Below are positions 59,876-64,000 of a stretch of 64,000 bases of DNA, piece after piece. The stretch is from Desulfurococcaceae archaeon. GTDB taxonomy: Archaea; Thermoproteota; Thermoprotei_A; Sulfolobales; Desulfurococcaceae. Below the pieces are notes generated by a model. The model had not been told where the DNA came from and made no database searches. It saw only the letters and a list, made by a program, of their open reading frames with translations. How positions within the stretch are numbered: position 1 is the stretch's first letter; the number at the start of each line of letters is the position of its first letter. The stretch spans positions 56,492 through 120,491 of the forward strand of contig JAGDWI010000001.1 in assembly GCA_023269825.1 (NCBI GenBank). The letters are read 5' to 3'. Position numbers and translations under genes: made by a program.

Positions 59876-60145
59876 CTACTCCAGCTTCCTCAGTATTTCC
59901 TCTGCTGTCTTCTCCTGTGTGTAGGTTAATATGTAGTCTAGGCGTGAGTGCTTGGTTATCTTGGCTGTTATCGAGGGGCTTACTCCCTGGCGGAGCAGGT
60001 AGGTTATGAGTGCATATCTTAGCGAGTGCGTGTTGAAGCCGTAGGTGTACCTAGAGTAGACTTTAAGCCTAGACCCCCAATCTAGCGTCTTCGATGCCAA
60101 AGAGCCTCCCGTAGGCACCCTTCGAGAATGTATAAGAGTGCACAC
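59876..60145 (-). pseudogene. C-terminal fragment of a tyrosine recombinase/integrase (box II region only)
   Basis: NTHSLRYALITYLLRQG (HxxR) and ITKHSRLDYILTYTQ (H...Y) are present. The N-terminal about 100+ aa, including the box I Arg, are missing, and the upstream frames contain stops. Confidence 0.7.
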
Positions 60146-60234
60146 TATTTGTTTATTGTGGCGTGATTTTTAAGTTAATTGAGTAATGTAGATCTTCTGG
60201 GTTGAAAACGAGGCGCTAAAATGGGTTTAGGGGT

Positions 60235-60522
60235 ATGGTTTCGAGAAAATTACTTGCTGGGCTCTTTGTTAGAGAGTATTGGCTTCAACTAATGATCCTT
60301 CCTCTCCTAGTTGCTCTCTCATACTACGCTATCCTCTACGGGAAACTGTTTGAGTTCCTGGTACTTGTTGTTATGTGGATTCAGCTAGAAATAGCATATA
60401 GGCAGTGGTGGCTTGAAGCTGAGGTTAAACGTCCCCCTTTAATAGTAAAGCTTGAACTTGTGGGAGACGATAATATAGCTTTGCTTGTTAGAACACTAGT
60501 GCTCTGCCAATCTACGAAATAA
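60235..60522 (+). CDS. Hypothetical small membrane protein (possibly the 5' part of a frame-shifted larger gene)
   Basis: 95-aa ORF with two TM helices. The frame of the next ORF is open from 60492, so the two overlap by 31 nt. Confidence 0.4.
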   Translation: MVSRKLLAGLFVREYWLQLMILPLLVALSYYAILYGKLFEFLVLVVMWIQLEIAYRQWWLEAEVKRPPLIVKLELVGDDNIALLVRTLVLCQSTK

Positions 60523-60569
60523 ACACCCTTGTTCTACCATATGAGGTTTATAGGAGATACTCCACTCTA

Positions 60570-60974
60570 TTGGTTTATAACGTCCGTGTGATTAAATACT
60601 TATACTCGATCGGGGAGTTAACTCCCTGTGTAATGCCCGCACAAATCGATTTACTCTCCGATGATGAGAAAATAGTGAGTTTTACCTTTAAAGAGCTGGA
60701 AGAAGGTTGCCATGATATCGGGGATATAGGGGATGCTGCAGCCCTTATAATATGCCACAATGATCCAACGACTTACCCAGAATCGTGCGGGGCCATTGTA
60801 CGTTGGAGCCCTCGTTCTAAGACCGCGTATATTAGTGGCTTGCTCAGAGGAATTCCAGGAGTATTAACACGAGTCCCCAATATGATCAGAGATGCTCATA
60901 TTTATCACATGTACTATAAGTTATTGAAGACACACTCTCGGCTTACACAACACACTAAAAAGCTTAAACACTAG
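60570..60974 (+). CDS. Hypothetical protein (possibly the 3' part of a frame-shifted larger gene)
   Basis: 134-aa ORF with a TTG start. It has no recognisable motif. Its frame is open upstream to 60492. Confidence 0.4.
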   Translation: MVYNVRVIKYLYSIGELTPCVMPAQIDLLSDDEKIVSFTFKELEEGCHDIGDIGDAAALIICHNDPTTYPESCGAIVRWSPRSKTAYISGLLRGIPGVLTRVPNMIRDAHIYHMYYKLLKTHSRLTQHTKKLKH

Positions 60975-61027
60975 TAACGTCAACAAAGATTTACATATTC
61001 TTGCCTAAGATCCTAAACTTGCGGCTC

Positions 61028-61327
61028 CTATGAAACTACGTCTTCCAAGACAATGCCTTTTTCTTCAAGCTTTTCTCGCACGTAGCCGTAGAAGAGCGTT
61101 AAGCTCTCTACAACGTCATACCACAGATCCACCTCTATGCCTGCTCTACGCTTTAACTTAACGACAAGCTTTGCAAGGGCTTCAAGTAGTAAGCCACCGT
61201 GTGCCTCTAAGAAAAGCACTCTCAAGGGGCAAGCTGTCGGTGTCGAGGTCCAAATGATGTTGTTATCTAACTTGAAGGCCATAGATCTTATCTTGAGCTT
61301 TATGGGGGTCTTTAAGCGTGTGTTCAC
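61028..61327 (-). CDS. Hypothetical small protein
   Basis: 99-aa ORF (84 aa from MAFKL at 61282). It overlaps the 3' end of the upstream ORF. Confidence 0.35.
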   Translation of the reverse strand: MNTRLKTPIKLKIRSMAFKLDNNIIWTSTPTACPLRVLFLEAHGGLLLEALAKLVVKLKRRAGIEVDLWYDVVESLTLFYGYVREKLEEKGIVLEDVVS

Positions 61328-61733
61328 ATATTATGTATCCGTTACCACGTTCGTATACATCTTCACATTTTTGCACATATATATGCCACTCCTTGTACTT
61401 TTCATACAGTTCAGACGCCTGTAGCGGTGCCAGGATCTCCCTGAGCTCTTTCTTCCAGTTTTTACAGTCTGCATTAGCGGGTGTAATGACCCTGTAAATA
61501 AACGTGAACATGCTTGAGTACACTCCCCTGAACAACATGTACGGGAAGGTCACTATGAGAATTCCCATAATAAACAATATTAGTGGTAGTACGATGAGGT
61601 ACCACAGAGCGGTTAATAGAGCTGAAACTGGTGATACATGTGGTGGGCTTGACGGCAGGGTGGTACTCGCGACTTTGTTGATAAGTAAACTAAGTGAGGT
61701 GCCTATTGATACCGACAGCAGAGTCGAGAACAC
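61263..61733 (-). CDS. Hypothetical membrane protein (2-3 TM helices plus a soluble C-terminal domain)
   Basis: 156-aa ORF. Hydrophobic N-terminal half (ALLTALWYLIVLPLILFIMGILIVTF). Confidence 0.4.
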   Translation of the reverse strand: MFSTLLSVSIGTSLSLLINKVASTTLPSSPPHVSPVSALLTALWYLIVLPLILFIMGILIVTFPYMLFRGVYSSMFTFIYRVITPANADCKNWKKELREILAPLQASELYEKYKEWHIYVQKCEDVYERGNGYIICEHTLKDPHKAQDKIYGLQVR

Positions 61734-62007
61734 TATGATGTGCTGATTTTCAATCCTATTAATGACCGCCTAACAGCACTGTTAATAACTCCCATGTCTT
61801 TTGGTTGCGGAGCGTTAATTTCCCGCATCCCCGTTCTCACCGCTGATCATTTATACTCGCTTACTCAGTATTATCATTTGTTACTAATGCGGTTTAGAAC
61901 GCCTTTACTTTGAAGTAGAGGCACAGGATCTCGTTTCCTAAATATAGAAAAGAGGAAATCAAGCAGTCTGCTTTAAAAGCATCATTTCCTATTTTCAAGG
62001 GGATACC

Positions 62008-62574
62008 ATGAAAAAGGGAAGCCTGAAGCTAGGGGATGTACCACCTTACCCCGCTCTCTTAGAAGCCGTTAAGAAGGCTTGGAGCGATGTCTCCCGGGCT
62101 AGATATGGTGCTCGAGACTTAGCCCTCGCGGCCGCGATGGTCTTTACCGGTTGCAGGATCGGAGAAGTTGTACAACTTAGAAGGCAGGACGTGGATATAA
62201 AGAGAAAGACAGTAGTAATCAGGCAACTCAAGAAGAGAGGAGAGTTCCAGCGAGTGGTGCCAGTGCCGAGCAACCTCTACTGGGAGATAATGACTTACTA
62301 CCTGGAGCGGACAGTCGAGGACAGAGTATTCAATGTATCAGTGAGGCAAGCTAGGAACATAGTTTACTCCTTCACGGAGAAGTACTTGAAGAAGAAGATT
62401 AGACCGCACGCCATTAGACACTCCTACGCTGTAGCCGTGTTAAAGGCCACTAAGAACCTCGAAGCCGTTAGAAGGCTACTAGGCCACAGAGACTACACAA
62501 CAATCAAGATATACCTAGACCTAACACAAGAAGACCTAGAACAAGAGCTTGATAGGCTTTTTAAGGAAATTTAG
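62008..62574 (+). CDS. Short (188 aa) tyrosine recombinase/integrase consisting of the catalytic domain only
   Basis: Box I FTGCRIGEVVQL (Arg), HAIRHSYAVA (HxxR) and LLGHRDYTTIKIYLD (H...Y). There is no N-terminal core-binding domain. Confidence 0.85.
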   Translation: MKKGSLKLGDVPPYPALLEAVKKAWSDVSRARYGARDLALAAAMVFTGCRIGEVVQLRRQDVDIKRKTVVIRQLKKRGEFQRVVPVPSNLYWEIMTYYLERTVEDRVFNVSVRQARNIVYSFTEKYLKKKIRPHAIRHSYAVAVLKATKNLEAVRRLLGHRDYTTIKIYLDLTQEDLEQELDRLFKEI

Positions 62575-62710
62575 TGTAAGTAAACGTAGAATCTAGGTAT
62601 ACCTTGAATTCCATCGTTTTGCTTAGTTTCAAGGTATACTAGTCTAGATAACCCCGGTCTCAAGCCCCCAACTATCTACGCAATGTACAACGTAATATAC
62701 AAAACAAGTT

Positions 62711-63007
62711 CTACGAGGTTGTTTTCTCGATAAGAGAGTATAGTTCCGGGTCTTTCTCTCTAAGTTTCTCCAGGGTTGTTGGTTTAAGCCCCTTGGATTT
62801 AACCCTTTGTAGGTCTCCACGTATAAAGGAGTCATATATTTTCTCGCAGTTATTGTGGTTTCTACAGGAGTTCTCCAGGAACTCTTGTACTACTTGTAGG
62901 GCTTCCTCCTCGCTGAGCCTCTTCACATTCATTAGGTACGCTGAGAGCACGTAGAGTATGAAGCGCTTCCTGCCATCGAGGAGCCTCTTCTCGATAATCT
63001 TCTCCAC
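62711..63007 (-). CDS. Hypothetical small helical protein (weak resemblance to PriL-CTD/PriX-type helical bundles)
   Basis: 98-aa ORF. GRKRFILYVLSAYLMNVKRLSEEEALQVVQEF recalls the R..L.L..FL...G.S.EE. helix pair of primase large-subunit C-terminal domains. This is a recollection, not verified. Confidence 0.45.
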   Translation of the reverse strand: MEKIIEKRLLDGRKRFILYVLSAYLMNVKRLSEEEALQVVQEFLENSCRNHNNCEKIYDSFIRGDLQRVKSKGLKPTTLEKLREKDPELYSLIEKTTS

Positions 63008-63076
63008 TCACTCATATCTCATCGGTCTCCTAACGGCGGCTTGGTCCTCTAAGGCTACTGGTGTAGTGGTTTCAGC

Positions 63077-63203
63077 CTTTCAATTCTTTATATTGAATTC
63101 ATAGGCTTTATTATCATCGACTCCATTACCCAGCCGATTCTTTCAATTCTTTATATTGAATTCTATGCTTGATCCTTTATGTGGGTTTCTTAATATTGGA
63201 TTC
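63077..63203 (-). CRISPR. Cas-less mini-CRISPR array: two perfect 24-bp repeats, one 39-bp spacer, one 16-bp pseudo-spacer and one degenerate repeat
   Basis: CTTTCAATTCTTTATATTGAATTC occurs at 63077-63100 and 63140-63163 and is identical. Its reverse complement GAATTCAATATAAAGAATTGAAAG ends with ATTGAAAG, the conserved archaeal crRNA 5'-handle. Repeat length and the 39-bp spacer fit crenarchaeal arrays. A third copy at 63180-63203 matches 16/24. Confidence 0.6.
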
Positions 63204-63246
63204 GTGTTTCTATAAGTGTGGAGGGGTTTATAAGCTTTATTCATGG

Positions 63247-63291
63247 TGATCATGGGGGTCTGATCAAAAGAGATCATGAGGGGTGATCATG
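63247..63291. repeat. Cluster of GATCATG(R)GGGT / TGATCA motifs
   Basis: tGATCATGGGGGTcTGATCAaaagaGATCATGAGGGGTGATCATG, read directly. GATCATG lies at 63248, 63272 and 63285. The palindromic TGATCA cores lie within a 620-bp ORF-free block. Confidence 0.6.
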
Positions 63292-63630
63292 TTGATTCCC
63301 CGGTTTCTAGGGATTTTTCATGTTGGATCAATTAATGTTTAGTCTTGTATATTGATGTGTATTTAAACCCGTACACTTCTCTCCACTTGATCCTTTCCAC
63401 ACAAGGCTCGATCTTCCCCGTTTTTCAGGGAATTTGTATAATGTAGCGTTTCTCTAGAGTATAAACTAAAAGAATTCTATAAACGCGTCCACATATCATT
63501 GAAGCAATGGACAGGAAGGGGTAAAGAAAAGTGAATAGCTACTTCATCTACACTCTTTGATAGCTTTTTCTGTTCTTCTTCCTTTTTCACCTATATCCTA
63601 GGTTCTTTACTCACAGTCTCACAGAGACTA

Positions 63631-63846
63631 CTATTTATGTTGTGAAACGCCTAAGTATTGCTTTAGCTCGTCTATGTCCATGCTCTGCGAGTATGGCTCA
63701 AAGATCCTCCACAGCTCTTCTTCCTTCCCCTGCCTCCTAGCCTCCCAGAGCAGGACATCAGTCACGCAGCTTATACGGCTGATAACGGGGTGATCACGCC
63801 CAATAATACACGCAACATTATTGCCTAGTCTCCTACACATGAACAA
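63631..63846 (-). CDS. Hypothetical small protein
   Basis: 71-aa ORF directly upstream of the mini-CRISPR block and in the same orientation. No motif recognised. Confidence 0.3.
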   Translation of the reverse strand: MFMCRRLGNNVACIIGRDHPVISRISCVTDVLLWEARRQGKEEELWRIFEPYSQSMDIDELKQYLGVSQHK

Positions 63847-64000
63847 TCTCTATTTAAAGCTTATATATTAGACATGAAGATTAGCTAACAATGTTTGTTT
63901 TTGGCTGAGTTTTATGGATAAATCGTTTAATTGCCCGATTAAGCTTCCCGTGATGCTCGCCTTAATAATAACTGCTAATGTCGCCTTAGAGGCTAATGTG

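Larger units (their letters stand above)
59876..64000. mobile_element. Integrated mobile element(s) or integration hot-spot remnant; the right boundary is beyond the window
   Basis: Evidence: two integrase-family genes (one truncated), small orphan ORFs some of which are frame-disrupted, GC visibly higher than the flanking host genes, and a repeat-rich 620-bp non-coding block containing a mini-CRISPR array. No att sites or tRNA target were identified. Confidence 0.55.

Noticed and set aside
1-64000. Scan for tRNA, rRNA, SRP RNA or RNase P-type GC-rich structured RNA genes, especially next to the integrase genes.
   Set aside because: I found no GGTTCGAATCC/GGTTCAAATCC-type T-arms or long GC-rich stems in any intergenic region. 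This was a by-eye search, so a tRNAscan/Infernal run could still overturn it.

Overview
AT-rich archaeal chromosome segment. The gene content points to a hyperthermophilic crenarchaeon of the Desulfurococcales/Sulfolobales type: archaeal-type SAM synthetase, RIO2, TIP49/RuvB-like, DRG GTPase, RqcH-like, and HerA/NurA/Mre11/Rad50. The taxon is inference only. About 55 densely packed protein genes lie on both strands. I could not find any rRNA or tRNA gene.

Most of the window is housekeeping or metabolic:
- galT-galK
- rnhB plus a DRG GTPase
- phosphohexomutase
- carbamate kinase
- a BMP-type ABC importer
- TldD/PmbA
- M42 peptidase and HtrA
- lpdA/gcvH
- speE
- NfeD/stomatin
- MATE and MscS

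Stand-out regions:
1. 48.7-55.8 kb holds a tightly packed mre11-nurA-herA-rad50 operon in a non-Sulfolobus gene order.
2. 56.3-59.7 kb encodes a 1119-aa membrane-anchored, glycosidase-like surface protein with a helical stalk.
3. 59.9-64.0 kb looks like an integration hot-spot or integrated mobile element. It is visibly GC-richer and carries a truncated integrase remnant, a 188-aa catalytic-domain-only tyrosine recombinase and small orphan ORFs.
4. Inside that element, and the most interesting feature, is a cas-less mini-CRISPR array. It has two perfect 24-bp repeats whose minus-strand form ends in ATTGAAAG, one 39-bp spacer and one degenerate repeat.
5. Several unusually long (0.4-0.6 kb) non-coding gaps contain decayed ORF fragments or structured repeats.

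All functional calls rest on motifs I recognised by eye in the supplied translations. No database search was possible.
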